A stretch of DNA of 64,000 nucleotides from Lama glama (Eukaryota), in contig CM052818.1 of assembly GCA_028534125.1 (NCBI GenBank), positions 48,982,001-49,046,000 on the forward strand, read 5' to 3'. Below the pieces are notes generated by a model. It searched no databases, was not told where the DNA came from, and saw only the letters and a list, made by a program, of their open reading frames with translations. The position numbers were made by a program, and so were the translations under genes. This document shows positions 22,504 through 36,249 of this stretch, in pieces (position 1 is the first letter of the stretch; each line of letters begins with the position of its first letter).

Positions 22504-25500
22504 AACATGTGCACCCATGTTAGTTTTCTTGCCTCAGCTTAACTCTCCCCCGTCAGCCCCCCTGGGTCTGCTGGGGGCTCCTGCCCATGGGTTGCTCTGG
22601 TGACAGCTCGGGACCAGTCACAAGGCTGGCAGGAAGGGCGGTACAGCACAGCTGCCCCACTGCTGATGCTCCCGTGGCCCGCAGATCACGCGTGGGCACG
22701 GCTGTGACTGCTAGGTGACAGTGGGGACAGCTAGGGGGCTGCTGCTCCAGGACCAGGCCGTGCCCCTCCTAGCGTGCGCTTACTGATGGCTCACCTCACC
22801 TTGCTAGGCACAGTGCACCCCACAGATCAGCTGACTCCAGTTTTCCCTCTTTAGCCGTGGTGCACTGTGCTGCAGGCACCGGCGACCTAGGAAATACTGG
22901 TATAAAAGACAAAGCTGAAGAGATAAACGCAAGATGAAAGTAAACAGTCAGAGAGGAGAGGAGATAGAGTCAGGTTTTTCTCCCCCAAGATCGTGGACCA
23001 TTCACTTTAGTTAACTGCTTATAAATCGTTTGGCATACTTTACTGTGTTCAGGACAGAAAAACACATCTTGAGTTGAAAAACAATCCTATTGGCTCTATA
23101 AGGCTTTGCATGTTTTGAAATTGGCCCAGAGGGAGAACACCCCATTCTAAATCTCGGCCACACCTGTCCTCCAGCTCTGGCGGGTGTGCTGTCATAGCCC
23201 TAAGTGAACTGACTTGACTTTGCGTACAGTCCTGCTCTCCTTAGATTCCGTGTGCATTGGGCTGAGGTAGATGGCGTCTGCCTCACCGTCTCAGGATGCT
23301 GATGGGTCATGGTTTCAGGGGTTTTGGGGGCATAACTGTGTCTCCTTGCTGCTCTGCACTTCAGACAGAGCCAGGTGAGAGGTCAGAGAAGGAGCCTGAG
23401 GTTCTCACTCTCACCTGTCTTCCTAGTCCATTAACCAGGCAGTGGGGCCCTTGTTTAGATGCCCAGGAACATCTCCAAAAATTGATAAATTTCTGAGGCC
23501 TTTATGGACAAGACCTCTGTTAGAATAACTCATATCTGTTACTGAACTTGTAAATTAGTCATGTTTTGATTAATATGCGAATTAAGAATTTGCTGTTAAA
23601 AAGGTATAAATATCTCATTGCCTAAAGTGATTAGAATAAGTAATTACTTAAACATGATAATTTTGATGTTAAATAATTACTATAGGAGAAAAAGGAAGAA
23701 GGCACAAATACGCTTGATGTAATTTCAGCTGTTGAACCGAGTGACAACATTTGATGCTGTTTGTATAAATATGTACATATGCTTTGGGAGATTTAATACT
23801 TGCTTCTCCTTTTATACAAGTCACTTCAATTTTCATTTTATTGACAATCTAGAATAGTAATTTTGCTCTGCTCAAAGATCTTTTTTTAAAGAAAATATAA
23901 ACTAGTTCACAATATTTCTCATGTAACTGCACCTCTTTTATTTTTAACGTTTATTGGCTAATTAACTTCAAATAGCTATTATGACTTGGTGTGACGCACA
24001 GCGCTGAGGCTGAAGGGTGGAATCAGGCTTCAGAGAACCCCGGACCATTTGCAAATTATTCTGGGTCATTATGGCGACCACCAGAGTACAGAATCTTGCC
24101 CTTCCTTGTACACAGTTACCTCCAACTTTCATGTAACTTCCTTTTTGACCGTGTAACCTTATTTGTTAGAAAAAAATCTTTGATTCACACCCCATAATAA
24201 TAAAAATATGTACATTTATTTTTAAAATAAATGCATGTACTGTTACTATGAGCTAATGTTTTAAAATCAATTTTCCTATGAGTGTAGGCTTTGGCGTTTC
24301 CACTTTTACACTGTGGTGGATACACACGGCAAAACTTCAAAACTTGTGTCCTTATCTTTAACGTGTTTTGGTCTACTGACCTGAATCATTTAACATTTAG
24401 TCTCAGTTTACTTAGACTGTAAAAGAAAACATAATTTCTAGGTTTTAACTGTTCATTCATCCTTCCAACGATACATTACACGTACACATCTTTACACGAC
24501 ACCGCGTAGGGTGAAGCACAAGACAGGTACCTGGGGCTGTGGATCCGTAAGTGAGTCTTGCTGCTCGCTGTGGGTTTAGGCGGTCGCTGTTGGCGCTGGG
24601 GCCAGAACAGAACCCAGCATGGGATGGGAGAAATGTGGGCTCCGTCTAGCTCCCACTGAGGACTCTGCAACACCATTACATTTCTCTGTTAATTAATAGA
24701 AAATAATATGACCTGTATATCGTATTACCAGCCTCTCTGTGACGTATACAGCAGGACAGATGAGCGCGGGGACGCGAGGTTTCTGTCCCTCTGGGTCCTG
24801 GGATCCCGTCCTTCCCCGCGCACAACTCAAGTGTCAAATATGGCATTTGGTTCCGGATCAGAGTACCAGCCTCAACAGTAAATTGAATATTAATAGAGAG
24901 GCTTTTTAAATTTTTAAATAAAGCTTAATAGAATTGTGAAGTTAGTATTCTGTCCCTGTAATGCAGTGGGGGGCCCTGCGCATGTCAGAAGTGGAACCCC
25001 GCGCTCCCGGACAGCAGCCGGGCTCCGTTCTCCCGATCCCGCCAGCCTGGACCGTTTCTCCTAAAGCCTCGCGGCCGTTTATGCTACCTCGTTCACGACA
25101 TTGCTTCCTTTTTTAAAAACAGTAGCTAATATGCAATAATGGCTACTCAAATAGTCATTTCATGTCCTCCTGTGATCTGGTGGCTCCTAAGTTTAGAAAT
25201 CTTCTCCCGTTTCTGTCTGCATCACCATGGCACCCAACTGAAAATCATGTACCAGGGAGGTTCTTAGCAAACGCCAAAAAGTGAGTGATCTGAATCTTCC
25301 GGTGACTATTATAGCAAGATAAGACAGCAGGTTTGAGGCCCTCTGTGGAAGGACGTGACTAAGAAAAAGAAAAAAAAAAGGGAGATTTAGATTTTTCAAT
25401 GCTGAGGGAAACCCTGAGCCCAGATTCGTGATTTATATCTAGAAACTCTGATTAGCAGCTAGTTGATGTAGATCGTTTATTCTCATGCGTCTTTGTGACA

Positions 25501-25649
25501 TGTTGATAGAGGCTTCTTCAATTCAAATGGAAGAGATTATGAACCACATTTGGATGCATGGAGGTGATTTTTCTGGATCAAGATAGAAAAATATGAGTGA
25601 GTACCTTGAATACTATTTATCTCATTGTGTATTTAAGTCTAGAATAGCA

Positions 25650-25800
25650 CACAGTGAAGTCTCGGAAGCCTGCTGTACGCAGATTGAGTCCCTGACCTAC
25701 CTTCCATGGCCGTGTGAAGCTGGTTAAGTTCCTCTTCCACTCTCCACCTCAGTTTCCTCCTCTGTGAAGTGGGACCATACCAACTACCAGGTGTGCCTGT
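25650..25800 (+). mobile_element. MIR SINE
   Basis: 'cctcagtttcctcctctgtgaagtggg' core. Confidence 0.65.
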
Positions 25801-27613
25801 CGGCTTTGTGATGAGTGTTAAGGGCCTGGTGCACCACAGGTGTTTGTAATCTCTGGTTTCCCTCTGATTTTCAAGTCTACCAAACTCTCAACAAATCACA
25901 CAAAAGATCTTTGAACCAGATCCTTGAGAAAGAACAGGAGAACTTGTTACCAAAATGATTCCATTAAAAAATATTTTTTAAAGAGCATTGGCAAGGAAGT
26001 TTAAGAGAACAATTCAAGAGTTTTGTGCATATAGTTTTTCTACGGTGGAAGAAATCCAAACCCTGGAGAGGAGGACTGTCCCCACAGGAATCCTTGGAGA
26101 AACGCACAAAAGGGCAGACGAGAGACACACACTTGCAAGGTGCTTTCCTGGGATTCGCTGCCTCCCACCCTAGTGTTGGTCAAACGTGGTAAAACTTGTG
26201 AATTTCTCCATTTTTAGAAGCAAAACCTGTCAAGTGGTTCACAAGCTGAAATACCAGATCAGTGGGCAAAGAATCAGAAATTATCTTATTACCTAAAGGG
26301 GGTTTAGGCAAAGCACACACACAGCGTTTACACATTCAGCTGGAAAGGCAGCAGTGGTCACCTAAGACGTCAGATTGAGTATATCTGAGTTTGTACAGCT
26401 TTCTCCTATTTCTCTTCTATCTCATTCACCCAATAATAGATGCAGCCTAGTGAACGGAAACCCTACAAATGCTTAGACTCTGCAAGGGAAAACAGTACTT
26501 GTCAAAGGCCACGTGAAAAATCTGGGAGAGAATTTGCTGCCGTAGTACATTTCTGCTGATGAGAAAGGGGACTGGGACACGGGGCAGGCATTTCTCGTTT
26601 AGTTTGGCCCTGTTACCTATATCTTTGGTTCTCAAAGTGTGGTCCCTGGACACATTGAAACGTGAGTTACCACAGTTGCTTTCACAGCACGCAGCTCCGG
26701 GACTGGGGGACCAGCAGGCAAAGCCCAGCCTGGGATGGTTTCCACATCGCTCTCCGTGACTCTTGAATTTTACTGTGGAGTCTCGACATGCTCTGCTAGA
26801 TGGGTGGTGGGCGTGGGTGTAGACGCGGGCACTAGACACAGAGATACAGATCTGGGTCCCAGCTTCACATTAGTTATGCATCTTGGGAAACGGAGCCCTG
26901 CTCGAGCTGCCGTAACGGAAGTGGACTCAGCCCACGTGGAGTAAGACCTATAAAGGCTGCTTTCTTTCCCCCCTTCTCTCCCAACTCTCCCTCAGTCCTC
27001 CAGCTCCCCCGCACCCTCAGCTGGTGGTGGCTATGTCACTGCACAGGAGACGAGGATGCAGCTCGGAGGTCTCCCAGGTGGAGGCATCTCACCTTCACCA
27101 ATGCACTTGTTTCGGACAAGAAAGCCAAGGCTCCAGGGATGCTCCCCCGGGGAACTCCAAGCAGAGGCTGGTACTGCCGCTCTCTCTGCATTTAGACGTC
27201 GTGATGAAGTGGACAGTAAATCTAGGTGAACAAAGGTAAGGGTCTAATTCTGTTCTCAGGCTCCAGGCTGGTTACTTTGCATAATGACTGAAACACTTTC
27301 CACATCCTTAAAGGAATGAATTCTGAGTTATCTCTTTCTAAAAACAAACAAAAACCAGTTATACTGTTATTCAGGGAAGAGTGATTATGTTAAAATATTA
27401 GTCAGTCTACACTATGAAAAATCCTTGATGCTTTCTAAAAAAGTTTTTTCTTAAATGGAAGTTTTTTCCACCAAGCTTAGTGAATAGAATGAGAAACCTA
27501 ATTCACTTTTCCACCTCCAGATACTTGCCTCATATGTGGCATATAATAAACAGATGCTCATACAATTGTTAACTGGATGATTGAACAAATAAATACAGAA
27601 TAAAGCAACCATT

Positions 27614-27851
27614 TTTATTTTGTATTTTATTTTTTAACATTTTTATTGATTTATAATAATTTTACAATGTTCTGTCAAACTACAGTGCAGAGCACAATTT
27701 TTCAGTTATACATGAACATACATATATTCATGGTCACATTTTTTCTCTGTGAGCTCCCATAAGATCTTATGTATATTTCCCTGTGCTGTACAGTATAATC
27801 TTGTTTATCTATTCTACATTTTGAAGTCCCAGTCTATCCCTTCTCACCCTC
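27614..27851 (-). mobile_element. Short lineage-specific L1 3' end with TSD
   Basis: T-rich tail, then 'atatttccctgtgctgtacagtataatc...cccagtctatccct'; TSD taaagca(a/g)ccatt at 27601-27613 and 27852-27864. Confidence 0.9.
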
Positions 27852-28836
27852 TAAAGCAGCCATTGTTATGAGCTGAGTGTCAGTGTCTAAGTACCACCCA
27901 CATAAGGCTTCCTGTCATCTCATCCCTGAGGGAAAGGGCATTATTTGATTCGACGTTCCAACTATGTAATCCACTGTATAATCCACATAGGCTTCTAAAC
28001 AAATAAATGTCAATATATAGCAATACATGTGTCAAAAATAGTATTTGTGAGGCAATGAAACAATACATGGTGTGATTTATTTTTTCACAAAGAGTCAAAA
28101 AATTCTTCCACCTGAAAATGAACCTGAAGCTTGGTTTTGAAGGGTGAGTGTGAGCTGAGCGGGGCCGCGGGTGGAAGGCTCTCCAGGGCCAGGAAGGGCT
28201 TGCACGGGGGCTCGGAGGCCGGCCACAGCAGACATCCTGCATCCCTCCTGCTGTGCTCCTTGAATGGACCGCAGTGGCTTCATTTCTGGAATCAAACATA
28301 GTAAGTGCATTTCTTCTCATACATTCTAAGGGGAGTGTCACATGGACCCAATATGGTACTTACCTGAAGCTATCTTCTGAACGTTTCCTTGGATACTGTG
28401 TTCCTCTGCCATCCAAGAAACCAATCTTGAGTGAACTTATCAAGTCCTTCTGAGTGCACACACAGCTCCTTAAGCAAACTGGGCTACCTTATTTTCAGTA
28501 ATAAACTGCTCAATGTTCTCTTCCCTCCCAGCACTGCTGTGAGCTTTTCTGCGATTGTATTAAACACAGTAGTTCCGGAACACCTTCCACTGTAGTCACT
28601 GCTGTTAAAGAAGGAGCTGCTCACAGAGGCACCCAGACTGGCAATAATTTATCTCAAAATCAACACTGAATTATTAGACTAATGATGGTCAGTTTGGTGA
28701 GCAAAGAAGCAGATGTAAGCCAGACTAAGAGAAAACCTGAAGCCTGGAAACCCTGCCTGTGAGGTCATCTTGTGGCACCAAGCTTGTTGCGCTGCCACCT
28801 GAAGACCTGCCTGGTGTCATCACTGCTGCAGAAAAA

Positions 28837-29404
28837 TGTGTCACAGCTCAGTTGTGACAGTAACCCGGATCCAGGCGAGAGACCAAGCAGCACTTGGAGA
28901 GTTGCAGAACTCACGTTTACTACAGCAGGACCAGAGGAGTTAACACTCCAAGCTCTGGACCCTATCTGTAGATTTACACCAGCTTTTATAGTCTGCCGGT
29001 CTACACTTTGCAACATCATATGCAAATAAGGTATAACAAAAGTTGACTAATTAGGAACAAGCTTTGTAGAAATAACCAATCAGGAGTGAGGGAAATGGAC
29101 CAATCAAGAGTGACAGAAGTAACCAATCAGGAGTGAGCTCCATGCAAAGAAAATACTACTAATGGACCAATCAGGAGTGAGGGAAATGGACCAATTAGGA
29201 GTGAAAGAAATAACCAATCAGGATGGAGCTCAGGGAACCAATAGAATGTTAGGGGTAAGTTCCACTTTCCTAGAAGTAAGCCGTTTGGGAGGCAAAAAGT
29301 GAGAGAGCCTCTAGGCCAGGGAACCGGATGGTGCTGGCAGGAGGGTAGTGGCCCTGCCTGGGGGTCCTGCCCGTCTTTTCTATGGGGCTTCCCAGCTCAT
29401 CACA
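28837..29404 (-). mobile_element. Solo ERV LTR (568 bp) with tandem CCAAT array
   Basis: TGTG...CACA termini; flanks aaaaa/ataaa (near-TSD); minus-strand TATAAAA (28984-28990) and AGTAAA polyA signal (28916-28921) in U3-R-U5 order; no PBS or PPT adjacent. Confidence 0.85.
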
Positions 29405-29999
29405 ATAAAATATCCCCATGGAAACACATGGTCGCACGCCCCTCAGGCCAGGGAACAGGGGAGAGCTCCTTGTTCCACTTGCACGTCTTTTGATAGAGGA
29501 GACTTGCAGAGGTTTTTATTACATTTAGAATTTGGTGAGATACTGTTACAACATTCAGTGCAAACATCATACAACACAGAAAGCCTTTCCCATGAAGATC
29601 TGCACTAAAACCAGCGACTGTGCCGTGATATGCCACAGACGGGCTAACTGGTCGGCTAGATGGCGTCCCTGTAATGATAAGAGCTCGCAGCAAGTGACCA
29701 ACCCTACTGCTCGTGAAGTGCTGCCTGCCCCGGACAACGGGCCAAGCAGGCTCTTTGAAACTCGCTTGTGTAACGCCCTCTGAAGTAAACATTACCTTCT
29801 CCGTTTCAACGGGGAGCTTAGAAAACACGGGCTGTCTAACTTTTGAATGCCAGTTAGTAAGGGAAAGAGCCGCGATGCAGGCTCAGCTGGCGGCAAAGCT
29901 CTCTCCTCCGGGCGCACTCGCGATCGGACGGCGTCCCGCGCGCCGGCAGCAGCTCCTCGGCCTTCTTTCCTCTTGTCCCTTGTCCTGGGCCTCGTGTGT

Positions 30000-30100
30000 A
30001 TCTTGGGTCCTGTATCACCTAACCACTCTGAGCCCCAGTTTCCTCGTTAAAAGAAGGCTAATAGTTCTCACTGCACAGACTTTTCTGAAAGTTAAACGTG
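30000..30100 (+). mobile_element. MIR SINE fragment
   Basis: 'tcacctaaccactctgagccccagtttcctcgttaaaagaaggctaatag'. Confidence 0.6.
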
Positions 30101-32269
30101 TCTCGTCTGCAGGGAGCCCAGGGCAGGCACTGTGATTTCTTCTCTTTCTTAGGATGTGGCCGTTACCAAAATCCACTCAAAGGGATGTACGTCTTGGGTT
30201 TGTCGTTGCTGTTTCAGTTTTTTCGTGCTGCCGCTTGTGATGGTTGAGGGACCACCACCTTCCAGGTAACACACGGGGTTCTGGCCGCAGGACGATGGGT
30301 GGGGAGCAGCCTGTGAGTCCGGGTGCACGGCCCGCACCAGGTCCTCTGCAGGCGGGGGTCTGTGAGGTCACGGGGAGGGCCGTGCGTCTGCAGGCACGCC
30401 TCGGGGGAGTGTGGCCCTGACTGTGCACGGCCTCCTTTCCTCGCTGCGTCGCCTCTCGCTCCTGCTCGCTTAGCGCTCGGCCCTCACACAGCTTCGCAAG
30501 GCACGCTCACTGGGGCGTTCCAGTGCATGGAAAGCGCCTCCTCTGGCTCTTATTTTTTTAAACTATATTATTGGTTTGTAAAGTACACGAAGATGGCAAG
30601 TGTTGGATCTACTGTTTTAAGCAGAAAGCAACACCTACCTAGCCATTCCTTGCCGGCTGTGCTAACTCAGAGCTTCCACCTATTGGTAGACACGATTGTT
30701 AGGACTTTCGAAGAATGAGTCTGGGCTGCACAGAATTGCTGGAAAAATCGACGGCTTTCTCAGACGCACCTTTCCCACCATGGTTCCCATGGTTCCACCC
30801 ACATGTCACTGTTTTCCGTGTGCCGTTAAAGCTGCGCTCTGATTCCCAGCACTGGAGCCGGGGCCCCGGGGAGGCCCTCCTCCCGGGCGAGCACTCACGG
30901 CCGCAAGCGCCAGCCCTGCCGCCGCCGTCGGCCGCAGCCCAGCGCCCTCCAGATGTTAATCATCCGGCAGCGAGCTGCTTATCTAGCCTTGAGAGAGGGT
31001 TCGCAGGGAGCGAGATAACAGAGTTGATTTTGCTAGAATAAAAGCTCTCAAACGTAAACACTCCAAAAGCCTTGTGTATATGCGTCTATTTTTCTTTAAC
31101 CTAAGATTGCAAACAGGCAAACATTTCTTGGGGAGTCTTGATAATGCAAGGGTGGTTTGCAGAGTAGAAAGGATTTTTCATGTTACCATGGGGACACCTG
31201 AGTATGAAAAAAATGTAACCTTTCCCTCCCCTTAGCTCTTAAGTGCAGGGCTCAGAGCCTTTTATCTGGGGCCATTTATTTACCTTTTATAAGAAAAAGC
31301 ACAGCCTGCCTCATTCTCTTTCTTGGCGATTTTAGGAAAGGCAGTATCTTTGCAGAGACAGGACGGCAAGCTTTTAACAGCAATGGCTTTAATGGACCCA
31401 GCTGGGCTCCAGCCCTGCCCCTCGCCCACCTCAGTCCCCAGGCTAGGCCAGATAGACCTGCATGCAAATCCTGCCCCCACTGCTTCTCAGAAGGGCTGCT
31501 GTGACCCTGCCTGCTTTGCAACTGAGAAAACATTTGTCAAGGGCCCAACACAAGGAGGTGAACTGTCCCTGAATGCAAGTCAGTACAAACCAAGTGCCTT
31601 TGGACTCAGTGTAGACCTCAGCAGGTGACACACCCACCCTGGACTCTGAGTCAAAAGAACCTGACCCTTTGGAAGAGCTTCTCACTTACGCAGGAGAAAA
31701 TGCCCCCCCCACCCCCACCTCAGGAACAAAGAGGGCAGTTCCAGCTGGGAACCTCCTCAGAGGCAGGCGTCAGGGCACTTCTGTGTGCTGCTGAAGTCCG
31801 GGCCGTCACAGCCCTTCTGAGGGAACGTCGAACATCTTAGGAGATTTGGTGACTTGCCCAAGAAACAGCCAAAACTGATCTCAATGTTCAGATCTGTTTA
31901 ATAACATGAATCTGAATTTATGCGTGAGGAATGAGGGACCTGAGGTTGAGAAGTTTCATTCAAAAAACGTCTAGGGAGAATCTGTCTGTAGAGGAAATAG
32001 AAAACAGCCAGGAAACGTGGCCCGCACCCCAACAGTGAGCAAAAAGCTGATAAATGACAGAGAGAGAACTGAGTCCACTGCAGGGCTGACAAGCCCCACC
32101 GAGGAGGGACGGGCCCACAGCCCCTCTTACCTTCGGCAGAGCATGGGAGATCAAAGAAGCTGATGTGATGAAAGCATCCAACTCGTCATCCCTGTCCTAA
32201 TGTCCGTGTGGGCCAGGGTCACAGCGCAGAGTAGCTGGCACCCCAGACCCCGGTGGGCCTCACTCGGGT

Positions 32270-32283
32270 GCGCCCTCTGGTGT
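32270..32283 (-). promoter_or_regulatory. Candidate CTCF motif
   Basis: Minus strand ACACCAGAGGGCGC is 13/14 to CCASYAGRKGGCRS. Confidence 0.4.
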
Positions 32284-33249
32284 CCCAGGCGTGCAGGTGC
32301 TGACTGGCTGCTGCTGAGAGGGGGCTGAGCCCCTTCCCCTCTCAGAAATCCCCAGGGTCCTGAGGTGCTGGGGAGGAGCAGGAAGACCTCCAGGTGCAGA
32401 GAGTGGACAAGCATTTGCTGCTTCTGGGGAGGATGAGATGCAAAGCTGTCTGTCCTTGGGGAGGGGGACCAGACCCTGTGCTGGTACAATGGAATGGCTC
32501 CGTCCAGCCAAGCTGTCCGAAGATGTGAGCCCAGCACCAAGCACACGCAGCACCAGCCCACCCCTGGGGAGGGCCGAGGGCAGCACGGGGCCCCTTGGGG
32601 GTGCGCTCACTGGGGGCAGCTAGCGCTGAGATGGGGCAGCCGTCCTGGGAGGCAACCTGTGGATGCTCCCCCAGCGCCCCCACTCCGAGCACCCCCAGTG
32701 GTGCATGGTTTTCCCTGACCTCGTTGACTTTGTTTTTCCAATTTTTTTTTTAACATTTTCTCTCCTTTCTCCTTTCCTAGGGACATCCCCCTGGATCTTG
32801 TGGGTGCCTGACACCCACCCCACCACCACAGGACGTGCTCCCTGAGTACCATCCAGTCTCAGGGCGCCAAGGATGGAAACCCCTCTCTTCTCCAAATGGT
32901 CTTCATATGCAGAATCCAATTAACTACACTTCTGGGTTCACTGCACTTCGTCCTGTTACAGAGATGCAGGTGTTAGCTGGCTAATGCAGCTCTGTAGACA
33001 CAGTAACACACACCACGTCCTCAGACACACGCACGACTGACGGCGTGGTGTCCTCCCAGCCATGTTAACCCTGCGCCACTGAGGGAGCATGTTTCATAAT
33101 GATGGTTATTTTCCATACAGTGTACTTGGCCTGATTTGAAAATTTATGTACGAGCTTTGCCTCAGTGGGAAGTTGCTAGGATGTACTTTTTTTTCTTTAC
33201 TTTTTGGAGGTTTCTCTTGCTAAAATCATTTAGTGATTTTTTAAAAATT

Positions 33250-34130
33250 TAGTCAGATTCTATTTGTCTTTTCCCTGCTGTGTTTTGTCTGTTTAGATTA
33301 ATGGTTTGGATTTATATCCACCGTCCTCTTTGGCACCACCTCTCACACTTGCCTAGTGTTTCATTTTATCTCCTCTCTCGTCATTTTGGGGCTATTTTTT
33401 AAATGATTCTTTTCTTTTCCTCCTTTGAATTTGGAAGCTATACCCTCCCTTTCTCTTCTTTTAGCATTTAATCTGGAATTTACACACTGTGTCCCTAACT
33501 TGTCAGAGCATAAAATGTGTGGGTGTCTTTAACTTCCTTCCCAAAACAGAGAAATCCTAGACCATTTTAGTTCCTTTTATTCCTTTCCTGATTATATTGT
33601 ATGTTTTGTGTCTTTTATCTACATTATATTTTTAACCTGATAAAATATGGTTGTTACTTTTGTATGCCAAACTTATTTACATTTATTTAAATTAAATAAC
33701 ATTTAATCATGTTAAAGTACATATTTATCACATTCTTTGCTCATTCTTTCTAGTAGCTTAAAAATTTCATCTAAGATCTCTTTCCTTCTACCTAAAACAT
33801 AACCTTTAAAATTTCATTTAAGGCAGATCTCCTAGTGGTGAATTCTCCCATTTTGTTTGCCTTGGAATTATTATTATTATTTTTTAAATTTTTGTTACCA
33901 TTCTTGAATTAGGTCATAGAATTATCGGTGGAGAGTTGCTTTTTCTTAACACATGGAAGATGTCCCACTGCAGTCTGTTTCATTGTGGATATTGAGAATT
34001 GGGCCAGTGTCGCTGCTTCTCCTTTTGCAGATTTTTTTGTTTTTTTATGCCAGGCTGCTTTCAAGACGTTCTCTTTGCCTCTAGTTTTCTGCATTTCAGT
34101 GAGACTGCATCTAAGGGTGAAAATCAGCTT
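33250..34130 (-). mobile_element. Ancient L1 remnant (ORF1 C-terminus and inter-ORF region)
   Basis: ORF 33909-34094 gives ...RGKENVLKAAWHKK...KG...LAQFSISTMKQ, resembling L1 ORF1p KEKILKAAREK...YKG...ADFSAETM. Confidence 0.8.
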
Positions 34131-34539
34131 CCCCTTTGGGGGCAGGGCGCAGTGCAGGTTCGGGGGGGGGGGTTAGTTTGCTTTTAACTTGTCCTCACAA
34201 GGAGCCCAGCTTTACGGGAGATGCTCTGACTCCCGCGCTGGCCTCTGTCTTCTGCCCCTCGCGCCTCCTATAGTGAGAAAAGTAAACTCAGATTCGCTGG
34301 GGTTCCCAGCGGGCTTAGTCACTCCTGGGCTCCCTCTGAGCCCCCTCTTCTCTTGGACTACGGGCTCCCTTCATCTCCTGTAGGTGAGGAATCAGCGGCT
34401 GCGAGTATCATAGCCTTGACGGGTCTCAGATCACTTCCCGAGCTCCCTGGGTTCAGGTCCTGGTTACCTTCCTGTCCTACCTTTCTCTGTATCTCCGTGA
34501 AAGCGCCTGAGGGTCTCCCTCTCCTTGCTCCAGAGGGAG

Positions 34540-35060
34540 ACCTCAGCATCACACACGCCGCGCCCGAGGTCTCGTGGGACTTCAGTGCTTTCCCGTTGCC
34601 TACAGGGCGGACGCTGGGCTCCCCGGTTCAGGCCACAGCCCCGTTCTCCTCTGCTCGCTCCTGCGCAGACCGCGGCTCGGCCGCGCGCAGGGCGCTGCCC
34701 CGGGGCTGTCCGCGCCCCGCCCCGGCCTCTGCGCGCGCTGCGGCCTCCAGAAGGCTGCGCACTGTCAGCCCGGCCCCCCGGCTAGACCTCAGCTGCCCTG
34801 CCCTGCGGGGCCTCTGTTCCTGCCTTCCGCTTGCTCTGACACGAGGACATTGATCGTGTTTTCCTGCCTGGAATTCTCTCCCACAAGATATTTGCTGAGA
34901 CCCCCCTTTGCTCAAGCAGAGCCTTCGCCGCAATGCTGTATGTGGGGGCCGGCTGGCCGGCTCCTGCTCCACCCCTGCCCGCCCCTGCCGCTCCTGATTC
35001 ACGGTCGGCACGCCTGCACGCTGCGCAGCCCCCCGCTGGAGCTGTAACTGCGTGCGGGGA
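34540..35060. promoter_or_regulatory. CpG island-like segment
   Basis: Dense CpG (ccgcgcgc, gcgccccgcccc, gcgcgcg) and GC boxes. Confidence 0.55.
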
Positions 35061-36249
35061 CAGTGCATGGATTTAACTAAGCTGCGGTTCGGGGTCTCTT
35101 AGGTGGGTCTCTACATCAGAACAAACGCCTCGTTGTGTCCTAGTCAAGACGACAAAGCCCGTAAACCACCCCATTCCATTAAAAAGGTACATAGGCACTT
35201 GGAAATTTCGCAAGACACAGGAAGGCACAAAGAAGGACAAAAAGAATTGCCCCAGCTCACTACTCACAGGCAACCATTCCTTTCTAGAGTTTCTGTAACA
35301 TTGATTTACGACCCTTTTAGTGCTTAGAGAGTTAGCATTTTATCTAAAGATTTGTGCTTCCTGCTCCTTTCCATACACACACCGTATATATTTTCTCCGC
35401 AGCTGTAAACTCTTTGTAAATATTATTTTTAAATTTCTCCACATTGCTCCACTAAATGGAAACCTCAAACTATACCTAAACCCTCCCGCGCAGTTGTAAC
35501 CATAGGCTGCTTCCAACAGTTTATTAACCTGCATGAAACTGAGATGTACATTTTTGCATAATTTTTCCTGTGTTTGTATTTGTCTTATAGCAGAGTCACA
35601 TATAAGTATAATTATCAAGCTAAGGGCCATGGATTCTTTAAGTTTCTTTGTATATGACCAATTTTTGAAAAATAATCTTTTAAATGAGGAAAACTCCTAT
35701 AGCTATGAACTATACCACTGATCCCATTTCCCTTTTGCAAGAACGAGCTGTTTTATTTGTATTTATATTGGTGAAATTATTAATACTCTTAGTTTATTCA
35801 CACAAGAGAAAGGATCAAAAGAGATTTTAATATTACTGCCTTGCCTCCTGAATTGTCTAGAGTGGTGAAGTCTAGGGCAATTAATCCCCAAAATGCCACC
35901 GTAACTGTCAGTATAGCTACAGATTCTCTGTCTGCCTTCTCCTACCTTAATGTTGTTTAGCCAACAGTGTTAATCTTAGTTTTTCAAGCTCTTTAAACAC
36001 TGCAGAGCTAAATAAATTAAAAGTTAATATCCTAGTCTATGAATTTATTACATTCTATATAATCTCTCTCTATACATCCTATATAATCAGTAATTTACAG
36101 TTAGCATTTTTTTTAATCAATAGGTATCCCTGACCTTTTGATTCAACAGAAATGATTCTGTTTTTCAGCTGTACTCATTTCTAGGACATGACCTGCATAA
36201 AGAGTGCGCAAGCTGCTCTGAGATGTGTTCTGCTGTACGGTGATCGCAG

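Noticed and set aside
29070..29245. CRISPR-like repeat array
   Set aside because: The units are contiguous 23-24-bp tandem repeats with no unique spacers, inside a eukaryotic LTR, and there are no cas genes.
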